Virus record (IMG/VR): IMGVR_UViG_3300033692_000022
Source: a virus
Taxonomy: Duplodnaviria > Heunggongvirae > Uroviricota > Caudoviricetes
Length of the DNA: 64,000 bases
Direction: 5' to 3' (one strand)
Under the pieces are notes generated by a model that worked only from the letters and a program-made list of their open reading frames with translations, ran no database searches and was not told the DNA's origin. Shown here piece by piece: positions 8,492-16,640 of the stretch (its first letter is position 1; each line of letters begins with the position of its first letter). The position numbers and the translations under genes were made by a program.

Positions 8492-8912
8492 TGTTATTCC
8501 TCCTTTGCTTTGACACCTAAGCTAACTTGATCCTCCCTTGCGGTGAGGCATAGTCTTAAGTAACGCTCCCACTAAAAGGGGTGGGGCGTCGAACGTCAAA
8601 GCTCATACCCATATAGGTACGTGGTACCCATCCAGATTTTTCCCCCAATTTTTACTTTCCATAATGGAATTTCTATTCTTCCAAAAGGGGGTGGGGTCTA
8701 TATATGGCCCGGGAGTAAAAGAATAAAAGAAGGGGGTGCTCAAAATATTTCAGTATATTTTTTTGAGGCTTAATGCAGGAATTCGGGCGGCGAAGTAGAA
8801 TAGTAATTAATAAGTTCAGTACCGAGTTCGAAACCAAAAAGGTATAGTACTAAAAAAGTACCGATTTTGAAGTCATTAAAATCACTTGATATTACTGAAT
8901 CCTCTTAGACTT

Positions 8913-9008
8913 CAATACTAGTACTGATATTAATATCGTACTAATACTAGTACTGACACTAGTACTAACTTTAATACTAATACTGGTACTGACACTAATA
9001 CTAATACC
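8913..9008. repeat. iteron-like array of about 16 T[AG][AG]TAC-type hexamers, putative centromere/operator
   Basis: caatac tagtac tgatat taatat cgtac taatac tagtac tgacac tagtac taactt taatac taatac tggtac tgacac taatac taatac; ends at the parA RBS. Confidence 0.75.
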
Positions 9009-9024
9009 AAGGAGATGTTTACTT

Positions 9025-9795
9025 ATGCCTGCAAAAAAGATTGCGGTAATGAACAACAAAGGAGGGGTCGGAAAATCCACTACTTCAGTAAACTGCGCTC
9101 ACGGGTTGACCAAGTTAGACTACAAGGTCTTAATAGTCGACATGGATGATCAAAATAACGGCAGCAGTTTTTTAGGCTTTCACCAAAAGGATTATGAAAA
9201 AACTCTTTATGACATGATCAAAAGAGATGACAATCCAAGCCCAGCAAGGTTCGAAGAAGTAGTAATTAATGCTAGGGAAGACTTAGACCTACTTCCTAAC
9301 TCAAAGATGAAGTTTTTGGAAGGGTATCTTACCAATTACAGAAGAATCGACATTGCAATTAAGATGATCTTAGGAGATGAGATAGAAGAGGCTTACGATT
9401 TTATAATATTCGACTGCGGACCAAAGAGATCAATGGTAAATGATGCAGTTTTATTATATGTTGATTCCATAATCATGCCGGTCCAGACTGAAGGAGCAGC
9501 TGTAGAATCAGTCGGTAACATGTATGAATATCTAGGAGACTTAGAACTAAGCGGAGATATGATTAAGATAGTAGTTCCAACAATGTATGATCAGAGAACA
9601 AATGAATCCAAAGAGAAGTATGAGGTGCTTAAGGAGATATTCAAGGACGAAGAGGACATCTTGACTAAGCCAGTTCACAGGCGAACTAAGATAACTGAAT
9701 CTACATCTATCGGAAAGACAGTCTTTGAATACGATAAAGAAGCGGCGAACCAATACTTTAAAGTTTTAGAAAAGGTGGTGGAGAGAATTGTCTGA
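9025..9795 (+). CDS. parA: ParA/Soj-family partition ATPase
   Basis: Deviant Walker A NNKGGVGKSTT, VLIVDMDDQ, YDFIIFDC; short type Ib form with no N-terminal HTH. Confidence 0.92.
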   Translation: MPAKKIAVMNNKGGVGKSTTSVNCAHGLTKLDYKVLIVDMDDQNNGSSFLGFHQKDYEKTLYDMIKRDDNPSPARFEEVVINAREDLDLLPNSKMKFLEGYLTNYRRIDIAIKMILGDEIEEAYDFIIFDCGPKRSMVNDAVLLYVDSIIMPVQTEGAAVESVGNMYEYLGDLELSGDMIKIVVPTMYDQRTNESKEKYEVLKEIFKDEEDILTKPVHRRTKITESTSIGKTVFEYDKEAANQYFKVLEKVVERIV

Positions 9796-10174
9796 TAAAG
9801 GATTTGATGATCTAAAAAAGAAGAGGGATGCTAAAAAGAGTAAGGAAAACACAGAAGACGAGAAGAAGAAGGCTAATGAGAACCTGGCCAATATAGTTTC
9901 TAGTAAGAAGAACAAGGCCAATACCAAAAAGAGTACCAGTACTAAAGTTAGTACTAATACTAAAACTAATACTAGTACCAGTACTAAAGTTGACCCTAAA
10001 ACACTACTAAAAAGAAACAACGATCCCAGCCCAAAGCAGCATTCGGTATACTTTCTGCCAAAACATGACCGAAGGATAAAGGCCATGCAGGAATACGCTG
10101 GAGAAACAAAGTCTGCCGTTGTTCAAAAAGCAGTAGACTTCTTATATGAGCATTTAAGAGAGGAACTAGAATGA
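9788..10174 (+). CDS. centromere-binding adaptor with C-terminal ribbon-helix-helix-like domain
   Basis: Overlaps the parA stop; charged disordered N-terminus, then QHSVYF strand and two helices (KSAVVQKAVDFL), as in type Ib ParG/omega-type proteins. Confidence 0.7.
   Translation: MSDKGFDDLKKKRDAKKSKENTEDEKKKANENLANIVSSKKNKANTKKSTSTKVSTNTKTNTSTSTKVDPKTLLKRNNDPSPKQHSVYFLPKHDRRIKAMQEYAGETKSAVVQKAVDFLYEHLREELE
9919..9990. repeat. 6-bp periodic GTAC/ATAC array inside the adaptor gene
   Basis: gagtac cagtac taaagt tagtac taatac taaaac taatac tagtac cagtac. Confidence 0.65.
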
Positions 10175-10557
10175 AAAAGAAATATAAGGATATGCTAAAA
10201 AAAATTAAGGAAAGAGAGCCGGACAGGGCTTTATTAGAAGAACTCAAGCAAGAGATTGGCGTTTTAAATAGAGATATGTTATTGGATTTCGAAGAGACAC
10301 AGGAATTAGATGTACAAACACAGATAAATTTAATTTATATCTACGCCAACCATGACGGCGAGTATACAATAGCAAAGTTATTTAGGCACCTTATAACTAC
10401 TATGGCTAATATGGAGGTAACAATTGGGATGAACGCTATGGAGGTTTTAGATAGTGATGATCCTAGACTTATGGATGAAGCCTTTGATAAAGCTCAGAAT
10501 CTAACTAATTACGAGAGAAGAAAGAGAAAAAGAGAGGAAGAAGACAATGACAGGTAA
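10171..10557 (+). CDS. hypothetical protein
   Basis: Coupled ORF in the par operon. Confidence 0.7.
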   Translation: MKKKYKDMLKKIKEREPDRALLEELKQEIGVLNRDMLLDFEETQELDVQTQINLIYIYANHDGEYTIAKLFRHLITTMANMEVTIGMNAMEVLDSDDPRLMDEAFDKAQNLTNYERRKRKREEEDNDR

Positions 10558-10897
10558 AGAAGAAGTCTGGGAAGATAAATTAAAATTACTCAAAGAAAGA
10601 CTGAGTTTACACAATGCCATGGATTTTGAATATGGTATGGATAAAATAGGTGTAAGTCCAGGGTTACAGTGTGCCATCTTAGAAAATTGGATAGATAAAT
10701 ATCAGGCCGATGATAATAGCAGAACTATAGGAGGTTATATGTATTTCCTATTGCAGTTGTTTGCTAATGTGGAAGCTCTATGGCCATTCACCTATAAAGA
10801 CATGATATTAGCAGAAGATTTAGATCTGCAAGATAAAATAAACGTATTAAAAGCAACGAGTATCATAACAGATATGGAATTTTATGAATTTAAGTAA
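10547..10897 (+). CDS. hypothetical protein
   Basis: Coupled ORF in the par operon. Confidence 0.7.
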   Translation: MTGKEEVWEDKLKLLKERLSLHNAMDFEYGMDKIGVSPGLQCAILENWIDKYQADDNSRTIGGYMYFLLQLFANVEALWPFTYKDMILAEDLDLQDKINVLKATSIITDMEFYEFK

Positions 10898-11141
10898 TGA
10901 ATCCCAATGAAGATTGGTCCTGACAGCAATAAATCCCCTGAGAAGTACAGAGAGGCTAATCTAGGCGTTTCTGATGATAAGACGTACAAATACCCTTCTG
11001 GTCTAATGGTCATACCATAAAAGGTCACATAAACAAAAAAAGAGCTACGAGGTTACATCCTATAATAAGATGCAGCCCCGCAGCTCTAAATATAGTAGTG
11101 CGGAAAAAATTATTTTTTAATAAACCGTACAATCGATTGCG

Positions 11142-11173
11142 CTGGCCCTAAAAAAAATGGGCCAGTCTTTTTT
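11142..11173 (+). terminator. intrinsic terminator
   Basis: CTGGCCC/GGGCCAG stem followed by TCTTTTTT, between convergent genes. Confidence 0.65.
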
Positions 11174-11176
11174 ATG

Positions 11177-11593
11177 TTAGCTTATAAGGTCTTTTACTTT
11201 CATAACCTCAAGGCATTCTTTACATACATACTTATCTTTTATCGAGATCAAACCTCTGGTGTTAGATTCTTCTTTTTCGCACAGAATGCAGGTATTTTCT
11301 TTAAAGTCTACTAAGTACTTATTTTCTCCTATCCTGGACACGCTATATCTCTGACCTTCTTTGAGGTTTAGAAAGTTAACTATGTCCTTTGGAATCACTA
11401 CTTCATTATATTCAATTTTTTGTTTAAACTTGCCACTACAATCTTTACATACTTCTCTACTCCCACATTCTCTTCTTATAAGTTCTAGTTCACTAAAACT
11501 CCTTATATCAATACATACTTCTGCTCCATCAAGACAGTTTTCTTCGTTATCCTCGCCTACTTTTACTACTGGTCTACTACCTAGTTGGTTCAA
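11177..11593 (-). CDS. AbrB/SpoVT-family regulator with C-terminal Zn-binding domain
   Basis: VVIPKDIVNFLNLKEG (AbrB swapped-hairpin core) plus CILC...YVCKECL as in clostridial AbrB; has an N-terminal extension. Confidence 0.75.
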   Translation of the reverse strand: MNQLGSRPVVKVGEDNEENCLDGAEVCIDIRSFSELELIRRECGSREVCKDCSGKFKQKIEYNEVVIPKDIVNFLNLKEGQRYSVSRIGENKYLVDFKENTCILCEKEESNTRGLISIKDKYVCKECLEVMKVKDLIS

Positions 11594-11816
11594 TTACACT
11601 CAGCTCCTTGTATATTATTGTGTAGGTGGCTGACATACCCGGGTGGTGTATTGAGATGGTATATATACTGTCTGTAATATTTAGAGATCATGCGCTAAAA
11701 TGATTTAGATACGCCAACGTTTTATATAATATCACAAAGAATTTAATACGTAAAGTCGAACAAGTGTTTTTTTATTGAATAAATGCAAATTATTAATAAA
11801 ATACTAAAATAGGTAG

Positions 11817-11854
11817 CAAAAAAGGGCTAAAAACGGGTATTACATATATAGAAG
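11817..11854 (+). promoter_or_regulatory. 38-bp putative phage promoter motif, copy 2 (upstream of radical SAM operon)
   Basis: CAAAAAAGGGC-N8-GGTATTACATATATAGAAG. Confidence 0.65.
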
Positions 11855-11937
11855 TATAAAATAGTGATGATTAATCTTTGTAATTTTTATCTTAGAAAAA
11901 TATAAAATATTTCAAATCAAAAAGGGGTTTTATGTAA

Positions 11938-13110
11938 ATGCTATTAATTAAGCCAGTACTAAAATGCGACCTAAATTGCGATTACTGTTATGAACATCAG
12001 GAGGGACTTTTAGATTCTGATAAGTCTAATGTTAAAACCGACATAGAAAAGATGAAAGAATCCATAGATAAATGGCACGAATATTTCGGCAACAAAGACT
12101 CAATAACAATCCACGGCGGTGAGCCGCTGCTTTTACCTATAGACGATTTAGAAGAGCTTTTTAGATATTCAAATCAAAAGCTAAAAGAAAATAATTTAGA
12201 TAAACATGTAGGTCTGCAGACAAACGGTAATTTAATAACTGATGAACACATAGATCTATTCGAAAAGTATGATGTTGGGGTTGGAATATCACTTGATGGA
12301 TTTGGGGAACTAAACGACATGAGAGGTTACCCAGACTTAGATCGCACAAGACAATATACAGAAGAGCTTGAAGAGACCATCAAAAAGATTAGAGACAGAG
12401 GTATAGGAATAGGTTTTATATCAGTATTACACCAGGGCAATGTTGGAACTGATGAAAAACTAGATAAGTTTGTAGAATTTTTAGGTAAGCTGGAAAATGA
12501 ATACGACATAAAAGGAGGCAGATTAAATCTTGCCTATATTGATGGGAACACTCCAGAAATAGAACTTAGCCGAGAAAGAGCTTCTGAAGTATATCAAAGA
12601 CTTGCAGAGTATGTACTGAGCAGCCCGATGGGGTATGGAGTAGGATGCTGCACGCAGACCAAATGCGAGCCATTTAGAACACCTGCTGGAAGAGTAGTTT
12701 TACCAGATGGAGAACTATCTACCTGCGTTAAGCATGTAGACGACGAAGGTAACCCCTTGCCCTATGATGAGGATAGCTTTACTGGAAGACATGAATATTT
12801 GTTACAGACAGGCTGTAAGGGATGTAGATTCTGGAAGGTATGTTACGGTGGCTGCCCGGGTAGAGGAAGAAATGAAGATTACATGCAAAAAGACCATTTC
12901 TGCAAAGCAATCTTTGAGACTTATGCTTTTATTACAGATAAAATGCACGGCTTATTTCCACATCTTGACTTTGCTGTAGACGAACCTATAAGAGCAGAAA
13001 GAGAACACATAGACTATAAAAGAAGATCGGGCAGACAAAGTAAGCATAACCCATTTAAAAGAATGCACCGTCAGAGATCTCTTTATGATAGTCATTTTAA
13101 AAACAGATAG
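11938..13110 (+). CDS. radical SAM enzyme with C-terminal SPASM-like Cys cluster, probable peptide maturase
   Basis: CDLNCDYC (CxxxCxxC), HGGEPLL, QTNG, ISLDG; C-terminal GCC..CEPF..C..CKGCRFWKVCYGGCP..C. Confidence 0.9.
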   Translation: MLLIKPVLKCDLNCDYCYEHQEGLLDSDKSNVKTDIEKMKESIDKWHEYFGNKDSITIHGGEPLLLPIDDLEELFRYSNQKLKENNLDKHVGLQTNGNLITDEHIDLFEKYDVGVGISLDGFGELNDMRGYPDLDRTRQYTEELEETIKKIRDRGIGIGFISVLHQGNVGTDEKLDKFVEFLGKLENEYDIKGGRLNLAYIDGNTPEIELSRERASEVYQRLAEYVLSSPMGYGVGCCTQTKCEPFRTPAGRVVLPDGELSTCVKHVDDEGNPLPYDEDSFTGRHEYLLQTGCKGCRFWKVCYGGCPGRGRNEDYMQKDHFCKAIFETYAFITDKMHGLFPHLDFAVDEPIRAEREHIDYKRRSGRQSKHNPFKRMHRQRSLYDSHFKNR

Positions 13111-13119
13111 GAGGTTTTT

Positions 13120-13425
13120 ATGGGAGGACATACTGACTCAGCACATGAAAATTGGGGAGTTGATTCTGACAGACCACATGGTGGCGAGATAAAAGACGCC
13201 AGAGACATTAGAGATAATTCATCCAATAAGAATGGTAATAAAATATCAAATAATACTCGAAAAGGAAAGCCCATACCAGAATCAGATGATAAAGCTCGCT
13301 GGACCCACTTAGATCATAGCGATTATACTGACACTCACGAAAACACGCCCTATGATGTTCACAGCGATACTGGACATAATGACCATACAAATACCGGTCA
13401 CGATACTCATACAGATATAGGATAA
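13120..13425 (+). CDS. His-x-Asp repeat peptide 1, putative radical SAM substrate
   Basis: AGGAGG RBS; HTD, HLD, HSD, HSD, HND, HTD plus HEN x2, HTN and YTD; directly after the radical SAM gene. Confidence 0.75.
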   Translation: MGGHTDSAHENWGVDSDRPHGGEIKDARDIRDNSSNKNGNKISNNTRKGKPIPESDDKARWTHLDHSDYTDTHENTPYDVHSDTGHNDHTNTGHDTHTDIG

Positions 13426-13457
13426 TAATTTAAAGAAGAAAAAGAGAGGTGATAATT

Positions 13458-13793
13458 ATGTCTGATGTAGATGATGCTCATGATGATAATTCTGGTGGTG
13501 GATATACGGACAGCCATGTAGACGGCTATGGAGACCACGGAGATGCAGGATACGATGCCGGTAGTAGTTATGATGCCCACTCAGACCATGGCGCTTATGA
13601 CGATGCCGGTTATGGTGACTCAGGTCACGACAATGATAGCCACGATACTCACAGTGACCACGATACCCATACAAACTCGGGTCATGATACTCACAGTGAT
13701 TATGGCCACGATAATCATTCCGATGGAATATACAACGATCATATGGATCAGGCCCGAGATAACAGTCATAGCGACACTCCAGACGTCTGGTAA
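13458..13793 (+). CDS. His-x-Asp / Tyr-x-Asp repeat peptide 2, putative radical SAM substrate
   Basis: ATG 13458 after GAGGTG; 9 HxD and 5 YxD triplets; HD[TN]H[ST][DN] occurs 4 times. Confidence 0.8.
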   Translation: MSDVDDAHDDNSGGGYTDSHVDGYGDHGDAGYDAGSSYDAHSDHGAYDDAGYGDSGHDNDSHDTHSDHDTHTNSGHDTHSDYGHDNHSDGIYNDHMDQARDNSHSDTPDVW

Positions 13794-13840
13794 CTTTTAG
13801 TATAAAAATGAACTTTATTAGCAAAATTCAAAATCACTGT

Positions 13841-13878
13841 CAAAAAGGCCCTTTAAATAGGTATTATATATATAGAAG
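13841..13878 (+). promoter_or_regulatory. 38-bp putative phage promoter motif, copy 3 (upstream of packaging/tRNA region)
   Basis: CAAAAAGGCCC-N8-GGTATTATATATATAGAAG. Confidence 0.65.
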
Positions 13879-13920
13879 CACTTATTTTAAAACGCAGTGC
13901 TATTTTTAGGAGTGACAGAA

Positions 13921-14058
13921 ATGAAATGCGACAAATGCCACAATCATGTTCAAAAAATACTTTTAGATAAAAAACAGAAGCCCAGTCTGTATGCTTATTA
14001 CTGCAGCAACTGCGGAAACTTCTGGGTAGAGTTAGGAAAAAGCAAAAAAGGCAGTTAA
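13921..14058 (+). CDS. 45-aa zinc-ribbon protein
   Basis: Translated by hand: MKCDKC...CSNCGNFWV; AGGAG RBS. Confidence 0.6.
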   Translation: MKCDKCHNHVQKILLDKKQKPSLYAYYCSNCGNFWVELGKSKKGS

Positions 14059-14126
14059 GGCAGGGAAAACTCTAAAATCAGCCTGGAGCCTGGCTGCCTT
14101 TATATAAAATTTAAAGGGGTATAGAT

Positions 14127-14792
14127 ATGAGCGAATCAGAAGAGATTATTGAAAGCACAGCTGAAGAGAATTATCCATCAGAATGGAATTTATCTGAAGA
14201 AGGAAAGCGCAACATAGCCCATGCTAAAACCGAACAGAAGTTAGAGCACGGACTGTATGCTGGAATTCCTATGATATGCCTCAATGAAAAGTGTCCGTAT
14301 AAAGAGACATGCGGGTACTACAAAAACGATAACGCACCAGAAGGGGAGCGCTGTCCTAAAGAAATTGCTAAAGTATTAAATCTTTACGAAAAGTATAAGA
14401 AACAACTTAAACTAACAGAAGATGATATGGTACAGCTGTCACTACTTAAAGAGGTAATAGACCTCGATATAAAAATAGATAGAGCTGACAGAAAGCAGGC
14501 GGCGGATCCAGACCTTATTAAAGAAGTCCCTGTTGCTGTAAGTGACTCTGGAAGAGTAATAAGAAAACCCGAAGTAGATAAGGTTGCAGAACTTAAGGAT
14601 AGACTATTAGACAGGAGACATAAGATATTAAGTTATCTGAATGCAACTCCAAAAGATAAGTCATCTAAGAAGCTGGAGATTTCTCAGGACCCGAGCACAT
14701 ATGCAGCACAGCTTTTAAAGAAGAAAAAGGAAATTGAAGAATCCAAAACTGTAGAAATAGAGGCTGAAGACAATGGAGAAACAGAGGATTAA
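14127..14792 (+). CDS. probable terminase small subunit
   Basis: Position at the head of the rightward virion region, helical composition and Cys cluster (IC..EKCPY..C..RCP); no definitive motif. Confidence 0.5.
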   Translation: MSESEEIIESTAEENYPSEWNLSEEGKRNIAHAKTEQKLEHGLYAGIPMICLNEKCPYKETCGYYKNDNAPEGERCPKEIAKVLNLYEKYKKQLKLTEDDMVQLSLLKEVIDLDIKIDRADRKQAADPDLIKEVPVAVSDSGRVIRKPEVDKVAELKDRLLDRRHKILSYLNATPKDKSSKKLEISQDPSTYAAQLLKKKKEIEESKTVEIEAEDNGETED

Positions 14793-14928
14793 ATGTGGAG
14801 CTAAAAACTGCTTATTTAATAATGGATCTCTATACTATAAGCCAAATGTAGAAATTAAGTTTATAAGTAAAATTAAGGATGGCAGTCTGGCACAAACTTT
14901 TGAATGTGCCGACTACTATCCCAGATAA
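14773..14928 (+). CDS. 51-aa Cys-containing protein
   Basis: Translated by hand: MEKQRIKCGAKNCLFN...ECADYYPR; overlaps the upstream stop. Confidence 0.45.
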   Translation: MEKQRIKCGAKNCLFNNGSLYYKPNVEIKFISKIKDGSLAQTFECADYYPR

Positions 14929-15001
14929 ATCCCCTCATGTATATTTCCCTCCACTAGAGGTGTCACCATGATGGCGCCTCTAAACACTACTTCAAGGAGG
15001 T

Positions 15002-15187
15002 ATGATAATGAGTAAAACTTTAAATCAAAATAGACTTGTTGATGTTTATGTTCATAACCGACTTGATGAGGTAACAATTTCAAGGCGCAACACTCAACAG
15101 GAAATAAATAATAGAACTAAGAGTTTGGCAATGGAAAGACTAAAAAAGAATAACAAGATGCAACACAATCCAAAACAGCCCTTATAA
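15002..15187 (+). CDS. hypothetical protein
   Basis: AGGAGGT RBS. Confidence 0.55.
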   Translation: MIMSKTLNQNRLVDVYVHNRLDEVTISRRNTQQEINNRTKSLAMERLKKNNKMQHNPKQPL

Positions 15188-15484
15188 CATTATAATAAGA
15201 CAAGGAGAGGGTATAAATGATAGGAAGAATAAAAGAATTTTTGATGACAGGCAGAGACTACAATGACAGACTGGAAAGAGTAAAGGAAGAAAACTTCCAG
15301 AAAGTTTTTAAGCACGGTAACTTCCAATAAGATTATAAGACTATAAGAGGAGTGATAACTATGAAAAAGATTACCTGTGAAGATTGCGGATATGAAAATA
15401 GAATGTCAATAGATCACTACTGCAGTAAATGCAGCAACGAATTAATGTAAAATAATATGGGGCCTGCAAACGGCCCCGTTAATA

Positions 15485-15559
15485 TGCAGGGAGGATGCTG
15501 GCTTCCACGCAGGGCTCATGCCCCTGTCAACGCGAGTTCAATTCTCGCCCCTGCTTCCA
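15485..15559 (+). tRNA. tRNA-fMet(CAU), initiator type
   Basis: Anticodon arm CAGGG-CTCATGC-CCCTG with three consecutive G-C pairs; unpaired position 1:72; GTTCAATT T-loop; encoded CCA. Confidence 0.8.
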
Positions 15560-15560
15560 A

Positions 15561-15605
15561 CTGACTGTAGCCGAGTTTGGTAAGGCACTCCGTTTGGGAC
15601 GGAGA
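15561..15605 (+). tRNA. tRNA-Pro(UGG), 5' part (interrupted gene)
   Basis: Acceptor strand CTGACTG, D arm, anticodon arm CTCCG-TTTGGGA-CGGAG; no T arm follows. Confidence 0.8.
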
Positions 15606-15619
15606 AAGGATAGTTTAAC

Positions 15620-16261
15620 ATGAACTTAAATACTGCATTTAAAGAAATAACTAAAGTCAATAAAGATAATTATAAATGTCCAATTTGCGATGAAATTTTT
15701 TCAAAGTACGGAATAAAAAATCATATAAGATTAAAACATACTGAAGACGGTCAGATTAATTATCGTAACAATATGAAAAAAATTAAAGAAATTGGATGTA
15801 AATATTGCGGGAAAAAAGTAAAATCAAACGGTATTAAAAATCATGAAAGATATTGTTACCTCAATCCAAGCAACTATAAAGAATGCCCAGTTTGTGGTAA
15901 ACCTATAAAAAATTATTCTAATAATATAACTTGTTCACACTCTTGCGCAAATACCTATTCTCGAAGTGGAACAGACAATGGTAACTGGAGTAATGATAGT
16001 TACAGAACAACTTGTTTTATGTTTCATAAAAAAGAATGTGTAGTTTGTGGGGAAGATATATTAGTAGAGGTCCATCACTTAGATGAGAATAAAAGTAATA
16101 ATAACCCCTCAAATCTAATACCTCTTTGTCCTACACATCATAAATACTGGCACAGCAGACATAAGCACTTAATACATGAATGTGTTATAGATTATGTATA
16201 TAAATTTAAAGAACAAAATAAAGAAGAGTTAAAAAAATACAAGAATGACTTCATTGATTAA
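15620..16261 (+). mobile_element. HNH homing endonuclease with N-terminal zinc fingers, inserted in tRNA-Pro
   Basis: CPIC..HIRLKH, CKYC..HERYC, CPVC..CSHSC and CVVC..EVHHLDENKSNNNPSNLIPLCPTHH (HNH motif). Confidence 0.88.
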
Positions 16262-16273
16262 TATGTTTTATTT

Positions 16274-16304
16274 ATCGTAGGTTCAAATCCTACCACTTAG
16301 ACCA
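16274..16304 (+). tRNA. tRNA-Pro(UGG), 3' part (interrupted gene)
   Basis: ATC-GTAGG-TTCAAAT-CCTAC-CACTTAG-A-CCA; CACTTAG pairs with CTGACTG at 6 of 7 positions (one G-U, one C-C mismatch). Confidence 0.75.
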
Positions 16305-16308
16305 ATAT

Positions 16309-16385
16309 GAGGCTATGGTGGAATTAGTTAACACATCGGACTTTCACTCCGAAGACTCTCGGTGCGAATCCGGGTAGCCTCACCA
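16309..16385 (+). tRNA. tRNA-Glu(UUC)
   Basis: GAGGCTA/TAGCCTC acceptor; TCGGA-CTTTCAC-TCCGA anticodon arm; CCA. Confidence 0.88.
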
Positions 16386-16389
16386 ATAA

Positions 16390-16464
16390 TGTCCTGTAGC
16401 TCAGTGGTAGAGCAGCTCACTGTTAATGAGAAGGTCGCTAGTTCGAATCTAGCCGGGACAGCCA
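16390..16464 (+). tRNA. tRNA-Asn(GUU)
   Basis: TGTCCTG/CGGGACA acceptor; CTGTTAA loop; GTTCGAATC T-loop; GCCA end. Confidence 0.9.
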
Positions 16465-16468
16465 ATAT

Positions 16469-16544
16469 GGAAAGATAGCTCAGTAGGTAGAGCGGGGGTG
16501 TGAAGTACCCCAAGTCAAAGGTTCGATTCCTTTTCTTTCCGCCA
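16469..16544 (+). tRNA. tRNA-Phe(GAA), atypical anticodon loop
   Basis: GGAAAGA/TCTTTCC acceptor; GGGGT-GTGAAGT-ACCCC anticodon arm; CCA. Confidence 0.8.
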
Positions 16545-16547
16545 TAT

Positions 16548-16623
16548 GCTGATGTAGCTCAACTGGCAGAGCACCTGTTTTGTAATCAGGAGGTTGGAGG
16601 TTCAAGTCCTCTTATCAGCTCCA
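16548..16623 (+). tRNA. tRNA-Thr(UGU)
   Basis: GCTGATG/TATCAGC acceptor; TTTGTAA loop; CCA. Confidence 0.9.
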
Positions 16624-16640
16624 AAATTATACAAGCGGCT

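Noticed and set aside
8913-9008. Possible CRISPR array or mini-array
   Set aside because: Units are 6 bp and contiguous, with no unique spacers and no cas genes.
12610-12650. Possible short in-frame deletion in the radical SAM gene (VLSSP joined directly to MGYGVGCC)
   Set aside because: The linker before the first SPASM cysteines looks short, but this cannot be shown without an alignment or reads.
13120-13793. Assignment to the known His-x-Ser (Hxs) system
   Set aside because: The repeats are HxD/HxN/YxD rather than HxS, and only one radical SAM gene is present with no other Hxs-type partners.
15605-16273. Group I intron in tRNA-Pro
   Set aside because: Only about 15 nt flank the HNH ORF on each side, no catalytic core elements were recognised, and the site is not the anticodon loop.
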